Below are positions 39,886-53,100 of a DNA stretch of 64,000 nucleotides, one piece after another. Numbering within the stretch: the stretch's first letter is position 1; each line of letters begins with the position of its first letter. The translations under genes were made by a program, and so were the position numbers. The notes under the pieces were generated by a model. It saw only the letters and a program-made list of their open reading frames with translations, ran no database searches and had not been told where the DNA came from. Source of the DNA: Octopus sinensis (Eukaryota); the NCBI RefSeq assembly GCF_006345805.1, contig NC_043022.1:11470001-11534000 (forward strand), written 5' to 3'.

Positions 39886-42800
39886 TACACTCACGGAGTG
39901 GTTGGCATTAGGAAGGGCATCCAGCTGTAGAAGCACTGCAAGATAAGACTGGGCCTGGTGCAGCCTCCTGGCTTCCCTGACACCAGTCGAACCATCCAAC
40001 CCATGCTAGCATGAAAAGCGGACGTTAAACGATGATGATATTTCCTTCCATAATGGCTACCTCTGATGAGCACAGATATATGATAGTGTACACTTAGGAT
40101 TATATATCTCTAATTGCTTGTTATATAGGGTTGTGTTCTTAAGTGCATTACACAGGCACTGACTAAAGGACTCAAACCCTATTTGTAAAGTCAAAATAAT
40201 ATTATTTATAAATAATGACTGTGATATGTATATGTTATTTGTAACTTTTGTTATTTCAGCTGCAACACGGGTGATTATATCTCCTGCCAATGTGGCTGCA
40301 AGAATTGGTGAACCAATGCGTTTGGTGTGTCAAGCAGAAGGTAGCGGCCCTACTACTCTTGAATGGCAGAAGTTAAACGGTCGTATGTCTCCCAATGTGC
40401 AAGAACGTAATGGTGTCCTGTACTTTAGAGAAGTCACTGCTGCTGATGCAGGCCAGTACCGCTGTCTTGCAAGAAGCGCTGGTGGTGTTGCTGAAGGAAT
40501 AGTTCTCGTAAAGATTGTTGGTAAGAAATCAGTGATGCTTCATTTTTTTCTTTTTATCTTTGTTTTTTTCTTTACTTTTTTGTTATTGTTACTTTTTAGC
40601 CCCAGACCAGACCTTATTGATTTGACCTATGATTAAAATTATTTCCCATCCACCATCCCACCTTTTCTTTTTATATAGTATAGTCTATACAAAACTATAG
40701 TCTCCACTGTGTCCTTCTTTTCTTTAAGACCTGAGGTGTGAATTAGGGGAGATTTAACTACTGTTTCTAGTAGTTGAGCAACTGCATAGTGGTTCCATTG
40801 GCTGTGCATGTTTAGGCTCTGTTGTTGTTGTTGATTATTTCCAGGGCCAACCTTGTTCCAACTGATCTGTGATCAAAAACATTCCGTGGCCATCCTGTCT
40901 TAGTAAAAGACCCCCTTCAATCATGAATGACCATGGGATTGCCCCTAGAAAGTTCCCCTCTGATGCACAAGTCTGGACAAGGTTGTTTTGTTGAAGACCA
41001 GCAGTTGCCCATGCATCCCAGCCTCCTGCTTCCATGCCACTGATGTTATCCAAGGGAAAGGCAACAGCCGATACAGCTTGGCACCTGTGACATTGCAACT
41101 CATTCCTACAGCTGAGTGAAGTGGAACAACATGAAATAAAATGTCTTGCTCAAGGATACAACACACAGCCCTGTCCAGGACTCAAACTCACTACCACATG
41201 ATTGTGAGCCTGTTGCTTTAATCATTGAGCCATGCACCTTCCTAATACTTACGCTAGAAATCATTTATATGGTGCTGCTACACTGAATATATACTCAAGA
41301 GTTAGGGGAAGTTATCTGCCAAGAGTTTATTTTTTTGCCATGGGTGAAGTCTAGCACTGGCTTCCTAACTGCTGCTTTAAACTTTATTTCACTATGGCTT
41401 TCTTTGCTTTTATCTAGAGATAGACATACAAAGAGGAGTAAAAGTTGCCAAAAAGTTTTAGAAAATTGTATTTTATTATAATAAACACAATAAGAAAAAT
41501 ATTTATTGAATTTTTTTAACCCGTCTGCAACTTATGGTTGACTCTGGTTTTTCTTTTCTTGCAACTCTGATTGATGTGTTTTTGTTTCTCATTGGCTTTT
41601 GTAAAGTTTCGATGAATTTTAGAGAGGAGCTTTTGTGACACCCCATTAAGATTGCCTGCCAACGTAATGCATTGAGTGAAGTTTTATTTGTAAAATACTT
41701 TCCATTCTTCTGTCTTTTCCAGCTCGTCCAAGTGTCATATTGCCAGATGAAGAAGTTACTGCCCAGCGAGGCCACAATGTTGTACTGAACTGTCAAGCCA
41801 CTGGTAACCCACCACCAACAATCCGTTGGGAGAGAACTGATGGCCCATTGCCAGCTCAACATTACATCAGAAATGGCGAACTTACGTAAGTAAAAAAAAA
41901 GAAAAATTACATTCACACAGGACACACCTGACTCATGTGTTGTTTTGATGTTGTCTTTTTGCTTTTTTCTTTGCTGTTGTTCTTTAGGCCACAGGTCAAA
42001 CCTGATTAAGCAGAGCTATGATTCAAAGCATTCCATTTCTATCCAGCCTCTCATTTTAGAAATATCAAGGACTACATTATCTAGTTACCGCTCTATATTT
42101 TAAGGTAGTAGGATGTGATTTCTGAGAAATATGACTGCTATTTCTAACTGGGCAAGTGACCTTGTAATGGTTCCTAGGAATGTAGTATATATGTAGTATA
42201 TATGTATATGGCCCCCGTGCCGGTGGCACGTGGAAAGCACCATCCAATTGTGGCCTTTGCCAGCCTCGCCTGGCCCCCATGCCTGTGGCACGTAAAAAGC
42301 ACCATCTGTCCGTGGCCGTTTGCCAGCTCCATCTGGCACCTATGCGGGCGACACGTAAAAAGCACCCACTACACTCACGGAGTGGTTGGCGTTAGGAAGG
42401 GCATCCAGCCGTAGAAACACTGCCAGATCAGACTGGGCCTGATGCAGCCTTCTGGCTTCACAGACCCCAGTTGAACCGTCCTACCCATGCTAGCATGGAA
42501 AGCGGACTTTAAATGATGATGATGATGATGATGTGAGTGTATGATTTGAATTAATCAATCTATGGTGAACGCAGTTCATTTCAAAGATACCAAGGCTTGT
42601 GCACAGGGGGCAACAATTGTGAATTTACCTCCTATGATCTGTATATTTATCTATCCCATAATCCTGTACAGTCTTATGTAGTTTCATGTATTCTCATCCA
42701 AGATGGAGATAAGTACCGATATTCCCAAGAGGCAGGCTTGATAATTGTTGAGAAATTTCTCTTTACATTAATACATTGGTAGCCTTGTTAACCTATGTGT

Positions 42801-44241
42801 GTGTACACACACACACACACACACATATATATATCTTCTTTGTTTTAATGACCACATTTCCATGCATGTATGGGTCACACAACATTCATTGAAGCAGATT
42901 TTCTCCAGCTAAATGCTCTTCATACCACCACCTGTTTCTAAGCAAGGTAATATTGCCCGCTAGTCCTGAGAACATGGAAGTACAATAATCAGAAGTAAAA
43001 TGATGATGATGACGTGTGTGTACATATATGTGTATATGTATAACAGTTTAGTGTGTATGTGTGTGTGTGTATGAATTGTGTCAATGTGGTGCATGGAGGA
43101 GTATCAGTCTAGTGTCACAGTGTTATATATATGATGTGTATAATATATGACAGTGAAGGCGCATGGCTCAGTGGTTAGAGTGTCGAGCTTACGATTATGA
43201 GGTTGTGAGTTCGAATCCCGGACCGGGCTGCGTGTTGTGCTCTTGAGCAAGACACTTTATTTCATGTTGCTCCAGTTCACTCAGCTGTAGAAATGAGTTG
43301 CAACATCACAGGTGCCAAGCAGTATCTGCTGTTGCCTTTCCCTTGGATAACACTGGTGGTGTGGAGAAAGGAGGCCGGTATGCATTGGCGACTGCTGGTC
43401 TTCTATAAACAACCTTGCCCGGACTTGTGCCTGGGAGGGTAACTTTCTAGGTGCAATCCCATGGTCTGTGTCGTGACTGAAGGGGGTCTCAGATAATATA
43501 TGACAATATGGTATGTGTTGTGAATGTAATGTATTAAATATATACCCATTTAAAAAGCATCCAGTCCTCACTGTGAAGTGGTTGGCATTTGGAAGGGCAT
43601 ACAGCTATAAAAACCATGCCAAAAGTGACCTTGCCTATGTTGATGCAATGTAAAAAGCACCCAAGCCACTCTGCAAGGTGGTTGGTGTTAGGAAGGGCCA
43701 TAAAAACCTGCCAAAACAGACACGGTAGGCTGGGGTAGTCTTCTACCTGGTTGGCTCCTATCAAACCATCTAGCCCATGCCAGCATGGAAGACAGATGAT
43801 GATGACGATATACTAGTTCAGTATACTTATAACAACAAAATATATTGCATATCATTTTCTTTTATTTCACTTAATATTGGTCTCTTCCATTCATTTGTCT
43901 CCCATTCATCTCTCCCTCCCTCTGTCTCTCTCTCCTCCTCTCTCATCTATACATTTATCTCCTGTAGTCCCTCTCTTGTTTTAGCATGTCTATCTCACTC
44001 TAAGCCACACATACTTTTTGCCTTTCTTGCTAAGTCTCTGTTTCTGTCTCCCTTCAGTATTTATGGTGTCCGTGAAGAAGACCAAGGTCGATACATGTGT
44101 ATCGCTACGAATGAAGTTGATACATCCCGTGGTTATATCTACCTCCGTGTTGCCTGTAAGTTATGACATAATTCTTTTCTTTCTTGATCTTAATGTATGA
44201 TCTATTGTCTTCATAGTTAAATGTTAAAGTGTGTATGTATG

Positions 44242-44309
<68 letters not shown>

Positions 44310-46425
44310 TGCATTAAGAAGACTTCATTACACCTCACTTGTCTTAAACACAAGCAGTATGCAACTAAAGTCCTCCCATTCATTCCAAATGTTAAGCCTC
44401 ACCATCATCAAGGAGCTCCCTTGCAAAAGCACATCTTTAACATAGCTAGGACTGCATCCTAAAAACTGACCCTTCTCTTCAGTGTCAAAAAATACTTTAA
44501 CCCTCAACAGTTACTGATACTTAAAAAAACCTCAGGTGAGGCCCACAATGGAATATTGCTCTCACATGTGGGACAGTGATATTACTGCACATGTAGTGAT
44601 CCTAAACTGCATCCAGAGAAAGATCATTAGCATAGGCATAGGAGTGACTGTGTGGTAAGTAGATTACTTATGAACCACATAGTTCCGGGCTCAGTCCCAC
44701 TGTGTGACACCTTGGGCAAGTGTCTTCTACTATAGCCTCGGGCCGACCAAAGCCTTGTGAGTGGATTTGGTAGACGGAAACTGAAAGAAGCCCATCGTAT
44801 ATATGCATATATATGTGTGTGTGTGCGTGTGTATTTGTGTGTCTGTGTTTGTCCCCCCAACATCACTTGACAACCGATGCTGGTGTGTTTACGTCCCCGT
44901 AACTTAGCAGTTCAGCAAAAGGATCCCAGATAGACTAATTACTAGGCTTACAAAGAATAAGTCCTGGGGTCGATTTGTTCGACTAAAGGTGGTGCTCTCG
45001 CATGGCCACAGTCAAATGACTGAAACAAGTAAAAGAGTAATAAAGTTACTCTCAGATATTCCCTAACCTTTCACTTACAAATATGCTGTCCCCTCTACTA
45101 TTATGGCCTCTTCTCCTCTGAGTGTGTTGATCTTATGCCACATACAAGTAAAGCACTCTCAACTTAACTCATCTCTCCTTTTCTCATCAACCATGTTGTG
45201 TCCAGTCCCTCCCTAAGTTCCATTACTAACACGACTCCCCGTCATTTTTCTTATAATAGTTGAGCAACACTCATGTCCTTTTTCTGTGGCAGTTGGGTGA
45301 ACGGAAGGATGTTATGCTTAGATCATAGCACTGGTCTGAATATTTACAAGTGAGTCAACTCCACTTAAGGCATCCTCAGGCCCAAGTGATTATGTTCAGA
45401 AAGACAATTGACTAAGTATATCACCCAAAAACAGGAATAGCTACCCCTGACATGCTTCCACACAGTTTCCATCTCGGAAATTTCATTCATGAAGTTTTGG
45501 TTTGCCTTCAGTTAAAGTAAAAGACACTCAAGTTATTCTATAATGGAATGAAACCTGAGGCTATGTAAAACAAACTTCTTGACTACACAGTCATACCTAT
45601 GTCCATATTGAATTCCCATCAGACTATTTTTACAATACTTTGCAGTGTAAAAAAAACAATCTTTTTCTTCTCTTTGTTTTTTACACACTATGAAGAAAAT
45701 ATAAATGAGAAATGTCTAGTGTCTCTACCAAGAGAACGGTGTGTATTAAGAGAATTTTGTTTGTGAATATTGTGGTAATAAATTGCAGTTTTTGTTAGGT
45801 AATATTTTTCTGCTTATATTTGTCTTCATTACAATATTTCTTTATTCCTTCCACAGCTATCCGTCCACCAGTAACACCTCCCAAAAATGTGCAGACTGCT
45901 GATATTGGTGACAAAGTTGAGTTTGACTGCATCGTCTCTACAAGTAAGTTATATTTGTCCATGATTCTTTAAAGTCTACTCAGATTTGAAACCTCAGCAT
46001 CAGATTACAGTTAGGTATTACTTTACTTATACAACTTGTATAAAGGACATTTCTGTCATCATCATGAAACTGGTTAGGTTGAAGATACGGAAAGTTGCTC
46101 AAGTTTGATACTTTTTATTTACTAAAGATACTTACATCCTAACTTTTGTTTTCACTTTCATGGTTGTATTTACTTTAAATGACATTGAAAAACTGTTTCC
46201 ACAGTTACGCCAAGCTCCATACATGGGTCCGCATTTGATGAAGTCAAATCTATCCTTAGAAATGGTGACAATACAAGAAATATTGAAAAATGAACATCTC
46301 AGTTTGTGAAAAATCTTGACGTGATAGAGCAAAATGGATTTCATTTTTGAAATCAGCACCCCCAAATTAGTAGGAAACATGTCTCCAACATCAGACAGCA
46401 AAAACCCTGTTCCCCAGTGTTATCA

Positions 46426-46487
<62 letters not shown>

Positions 46488-46493
46488 CATTAA

Positions 46494-46554
<61 letters not shown>

Positions 46555-47110
46555 GAGTGAGAGAGCAGTTCATGCCATCAAAGTGACACTGGGGTAAAAT
46601 ATACGAAGCCCAATATACCCATCATGACTACCCGTCTGATAAAGGTACACCAGGCACATGCATCACAACCATATGTGCGCGACATGATGATCTCATATCA
46701 AGATAAACAGCACATGACCTTGCAGGTGGGGCCCAGTTAGAATTTTCTTCAGGTTGAGTAGCCCATCCCGCTCAAACGGTCCCTGAATAAGGGTTGTTTA
46801 AGGATGTTGAAAGAACCACCCATGTTTCCAGAGGTGAACTATTCAAACCCCAAAAAGAATCCCTCTCAACACATGGCTATGATGCTCCCCCACTACTTCT
46901 GCTCGTGATCAGAGATGCACATATCGTCAGCCACTAAGGGACATGCTCAACTGGTTAAGGTCAAACAACTGACAAGCAAATCTGTGGTATTGAGCAGAAT
47001 ATTTGCTGTAGCCCATCTTTTATACCAAGACAAAACAATGTACATGATAACACTTCCAATCAGTTAAGATCAGAAGCCATGAGAGCCACTGCCTGGTACT
47101 GCATCAGGGC

Positions 47111-47174
<64 letters not shown>

Positions 47175-50100
47175 TAACATTTTGGGAAAGTTATTTCCTA
47201 GATCAATCTGAGTGACATGAAATGTTTCATGATACATCAAAAACAATTTGAGTTGAAAAACAAAAAACAGAACGATAAAAGAATTATATCTTGCAATCAT
47301 TATTATTATTATTATTATTATTTAACATTTTGGGAAAGTTATTTCCTAGATCAATCTGAGTGACATGAAATGTTTCATGATACATCAAAACAATTTGAGT
47401 TGAAAACAAAAACAGAACGATAAAAGAATTATATCTTGCAATCAACTGACACATTTGTTGAATCCCAAGTAAAATCCTCATTGTCCCCATTGTGACTTCA
47501 TAGAAAAATCCATAACCAGACTCAAATTACATTTACACATCTATCACAAATAGATGTGACTTCTTTTATTTTTAATCCTTTCCTTCAAAACCTCCTATGT
47601 AGAAATCGAAGGGAGGGACCATCACTCTAACCATCACCACCACCACCACAATCATCATCACCATCATCATCACCATCATCATCATCACCATCATCATCAT
47701 TATTATCATCATTATTATTATGATTATTATTGTTATTCTTCAGCTGACCCAAATCCACAAATTCAATGGTCCAAATTGGAAGGCCGTATCTCTGACAATG
47801 CCATTTATGGTAATGGAGTACTCATTCTGCCCAGTGTCAGAGTTGAAGATGCTGGTACTTACAAATGTACTTTAAGAACAACAGCCGGAGAAGTCGTTGA
47901 AACTAAGATTTCCTTATTTGTCAGATGTAAGTAATAACAGTTGTTTATTTATTTTATTTTTTGTTGTCCTGTTTTTCTAGGTTTGTCTTTTTCTTGATTC
48001 ATGCTTCTATAGTACAACACTCAGTAATTATGGCTGTTGTACTCCTTACTTATTCATCATCATCATCCGCTTTCCATGCTAGCATGGGTTGGACGGTTCA
48101 ACTGGGGTCTGGGAAGCCAGAAGGCTGCACCGGGCCCAGTCTGATCTGGCAATGTTTCTACGACTGGATGCCCTTCCTAACACCAACCACTCCGTGAGTG
48201 TAGTGGGTGCTTTTTACGTGCTACTGACACAGGTGCCAGACGAGGCTGGCAAACGGCCACGATCGGATGGTGCTTTTTACGTGCCACCGGCACTTATTAT
48301 AGATACAAACTCCTTCAGCGTACATACAGAACATTTTGAATTTAGAAATCAGTAAATATTGTACACATTAATGACATACACAGGATCTGCCCTACATAAC
48401 AGACATGCAGTAATATGTAACACACTGCATGTATTTATATATTCCTATTTACATGTACAGGCAATACCCTTTGCATATTACTATAATACATTTTACATAT
48501 AAATATCATCCATTTTGTATACATGTAGCTTGATCAGAATTTCATCTATTATTGAAATTGCAGTTGTCTGCTTGTTCTCTCTCACTTTTTATTCCTCCAC
48601 CCTTAAAAGGCACCTGACCAAGAGCTATTAATGGTGTATAATGTTTGAACTATTGGTCTAAGTGTTCGCTCTTTGTATTCCTTAGCCCTCACCAAGTACA
48701 CTTGGTTTTGTGCTTGTGCACTTGAGACACAGGAACTGACTTGACTCATTTTTTATCAAATGCGCATTTTTTTTAGTTATTATTTGTGTAAAAAAATTGG
48801 GTGTGTGATTCCAGCCAATTCTAACAAATTAATTCAGTACCTGCACTTTAGTATGCAAAAATTTAATCAGTGCACTTAGGGTTAGTCAACACTATGCTGT
48901 GTTCACAGCCAAGAGACTTCAGTTTTATTTACTTGGCTACCTTGTTGTAAACCAGACACTCTTGGTTAAGTACTGCTCACTGCTGCAAAAGGCAGGAGCA
49001 TTGTGAAATTTATTAAAGTTTCAGTCCCCACCAACCCAACATGTGCACACACACACTTTTATATACTCTTCTTCTCTGAAAGTCTTCTAGAAGTCATCTA
49101 CGATATGTAAATGACTCCTTACAAAGACCAGTGCGTTGGTTCTTGATTGAAGAATAGAGGATATTTCAGCTATATTTGAAACTATATTCCTCTGGTTGTT
49201 AAAGACAGTCTCTTTTCTAAATGTGGGTGGTGGGGATTGATGCCTGAATTTTTTTCAAACCTAAAATCTTTTAAAAGTTTATATTGCCATACAGATAATA
49301 GATTTAATATTTTAGAAAATTAATTCAGTACTGTTTAAAATAAATTTAATATCTTGTAGACCATCTTCAGCTGAAAGTCTTAACTTCAATACTCCTGTTT
49401 TCAGTATTTCTGTTCTGTTGTTAACTATAGTTTATTTTGAAATTCTTCAGCTCAACCTGTTATTGATGTTGATACAAGCCGTAATTCTGCCCCTCTGGGA
49501 ACTCCCACTACCCTGGGATGCAACGCTGAAGGAAATCCACAACCGTATATTACTTGGACCAAAGAGAACGGAGATTTGCCAAGGTAAGGGATTTAATGTA
49601 ACGATTCCCTTCATTAGTTAATTAGTTTCTGTATGCCAAATCAGTTGAAGAATTAAAGGAAAAGTTTCAAATTTGGAATCAGAACCTTAAATTAAAATGT
49701 CTACTATTAAACCTAGCAAAAAGTCTTAGCGAGTAAAGAGAAGGGAAAAAAAGCACTACTGCCAACTGCTAAGTGGTGATGTTGAGTGTAGAGAAAATGT
49801 ATGAGTAGACCTATATTATGTATCTAAGGTAAACCACAGGTACAGAAGAGATGCAGCCAGTTCACAGGCAGGATGGCAGAAAAGAAAGATTTGTAATATA
49901 GAAGATGCACAGTAGTAATTAGCAGTAAAAGCACCAATGAAATAAATTCCTTCAAATGCATGATTGTTCACAAAATGCATCATAAAGTTTGTTTCATTTT
50001 TTTTTATGTAGGAAAAAGAACTTTTGCTCTAAAGTTTGGAACATGTGTCACTCTACAACATACAAACTTATTCGAGTTATCCAGATTTATTTATATATTC

Positions 50101-53100
50101 AAATATTGGGTTTATTTCCTCTGTGCTATTTAAGTGTAATTCTTGTAGCAGAAGACTGAACCTAGAACCTGTGAACTCACAGTAATTCAATGCCTTATTC
50201 ACTATTCACTTTGCCATGATGTCTCCATTGATATTATTATTTCGTTAACTGTTGTGTCTTTCTGTAACAGTGAACATAGCATTGTCGACGGAAACCTCTA
50301 CATTCCCAAGGTAGAGAGAGAAGATGCCGGAACATACTATTGCTCAGCCACAAATAGATATGAAACTGCACGGCACCCTGTGACTCTTTCAGTTTCTGGT
50401 AAGATCAAACAGAATTTTTTTCCTTTCATCATCACCACCACCATCACCATCATCATCATATCATCATCACCATCATCATCCCCATCATCATCATCATCAT
50501 CACCACCACCACCAACAACAACATTTTAATGTCTGTTTTCCATGCTGGTATGGGTTGAACAGATTGACAGCAACTGGCAAGGCCAGTGGTAGCACCAGGT
50601 TCCGTAGTCTGTTTTGGCTTGCTTTCTATGACTGGATACCCTTCCTAATGCCAACCACTCCACAGAATGCACTGGGTGCTTTTCACATGGCACCAGTGCT
50701 TTTTACGTAACACTTTCGTTTTAGGGTTTCCATTCTGTTGTGAAGGGTGAGTCTTCTTTAGTACAGCAATGCCCCACCCATTCCAGTCCTCTGTCATCTC
50801 CTTTGTAAAGTTCAGCATTTTGAGATCAGCCTTCAGTACTTCGTCCCATGTCTTTCTGGATCTCCTTCTTCCACAACTTTCCTCCACTTTAAGTGATTGC
50901 GACACTTCTTTCCATTGTTGATTTTGTTATTTAGCCCTAGGTCAATGCTGATGGAGCAGACATTTTATCAATGACTCTAAACATGACCATGGCATCTTTT
51001 TGGATTACCTGATATGTCCTTCCATTTTTAGAGATGGTAGGGTGTGATTCAATGAAGATTTTTACTATTGTAGATTCCATGAAGGCTCATTCTTTCCATT
51101 GTTGCTACTATTGTTGTTTAGCTAAGGTCAACTCTGTTGAAGCAGACTTACGATCAAAATCAATCCATCCATGACCATGCCGTTTTTATTTTTTTTTGGC
51201 TGACATCTAGGATTATATTATCCAATATATCCTCCTCTCCCCTTTCCTCTTTTTTTAAGATGGTAAGGTGTGAGTTGAGGTAGATTTGACTGCTATTTCT
51301 AACAGTTTGATGTACAACATAGAGGAGCCCTCCCTGATTCATTTAGCTTTGGCTATATTCCCTCTACTACTAATGTTTGTAGCCTTGTGCCACTAATATT
51401 GGGAATCTTATTACTTAAATATGTGCCAGATACCATTTTGTAGCAACAATTTCATATCCTGCTTGAGATTTTTTATTTTGTTAATACTTTTCACTGTGGT
51501 GTAGACACTCATAACCTTTTCCACTCATCTTGGAAATTATTATTATTACTGCTTTACTGTTTGGCAACCTCCAAACTCCAGCTTAAAAGGCATATGGATC
51601 AAACAATGCTACACAAATCCCATAATTAATAGGACATGCAGTGCAAGGACCATTAAACCCTGCCCTTTCCTTCAGACCTATGAAAATTTTAATAATTTCA
51701 ATAAAACACTCAAGCAAAACCTATCATTATGCCCAATTCATTTGTCAATAGTAGAAGAAAATTCCATTTGGTAAGTTGTTCATCATTGACAAGACCAAGA
51801 AAGGTTGAAATCACGTGATCTGATAGTCTCTGCACTGGTGATTATGGGGATTTATCTCCCCACTAGCGATATAAATAAGTACATTTTGCACCAGAAAGCC
51901 AATATGAGAGTTTCTCACATAACTAGCACAGTATAGTTTGTTCTGATAGAACATCCACGTTTAAGTGGAGATAAATATTACCTCTCAAAAGTTTTATGTA
52001 TTTGTATATGAAAAATTTTAACATTTTTGTCTGTTTCTTTTTTTCCAGACCTTGTTCCCTATTTCCCCCAAGAACCACAATCCTATATTGAATATCCTCC
52101 ATTGAGATCTGCCTATCTGGACTTTGACATCATTATTTCTTTCCGTCCTAGAGTTACAGACGGTAAGTTTTGGTCTTGCTGTTGTTTCTGCTGGGAGGGG
52201 GGGGGGGAAACCTCCCCATTATTTTTGTTGCTGTTGTTTCTTTTGGTAGGTACAGCTTTGATCAGCTTAGTAGACCTACGACTGTGGTTGTGCTTTTAAA
52301 AAGTTTGTTGCACAACTAGATTGATCTAAGTTCTATCCTACTGCATGGCACATTGGGCAAGTGTATTCAACCATTACCTCAAGTTGACCCTTATATTGTA
52401 AGTAAAAGCTGGTTGACAGAAACCATAAAGATGCTTATTATGTCATCACCTGATACTTGTAAATACATATCACTATAAAGGTGATGTCTTTTGTTTCCCA
52501 TCTACTTTGAAAATCATGTCTCATACACAATGTGTTAAAGGTCAACATAACCAGTAATCCAATATAGAAAAATGTTTTTTATCTTTTTATTAATGGTTTT
52601 GTCTGGACAAAAGGATTATTTGTTTGTTATCTACTCTTCTACAGATTGCTATATAGCCTGGCTAATCAGTCCCCTTATATGAACTGTGTTGCATTTGTGC
52701 AATATGATTACATACACTAGCACTTGAGTTTCATAACTTCATCATTATTCTCTTGAATCTCCTCCCTTATCTAATATAAATAATTATAATTCACATAAAT
52801 GGTTGTGTGAAAGGGCAATTCTTAATCCAAAAAATGGACAGAAGCAAGAATTAACCATGAATTAATGAATAAGATTTCAACAGTCATAAATAAGTACAAA
52901 TTAGTTGATTCAGTCCTTGATGAAAATCAAGCTGTCCATTACCAAACAGAGTTCATTAATTCTCTTGAGCTACTTGGAATTCCTCCACATAAGCTTTTTC
53001 TGAAGGTAGGAGTCCCATTAATGCTTCTAAGAAATTGAGGTCCTCCTAAATTATGCAATGGGACAAGGTTGATTGTGAAGACATTATCACCTAATGTGAC

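Noticed and set aside
43155-43230. tRNA gene
   Set aside because: It has A and B boxes but runs into a SINE body present in three copies; acceptor stem and terminator are not convincing. The same applies to 250-320 and 53700-53770.
46334-46597. Poly-Leu ORF, and similar CV, YI, TH and poly-Asn ORFs in the track
   Set aside because: Translations of (TTA)n, (TG)n, (TA)n and (CA)n microsatellites.
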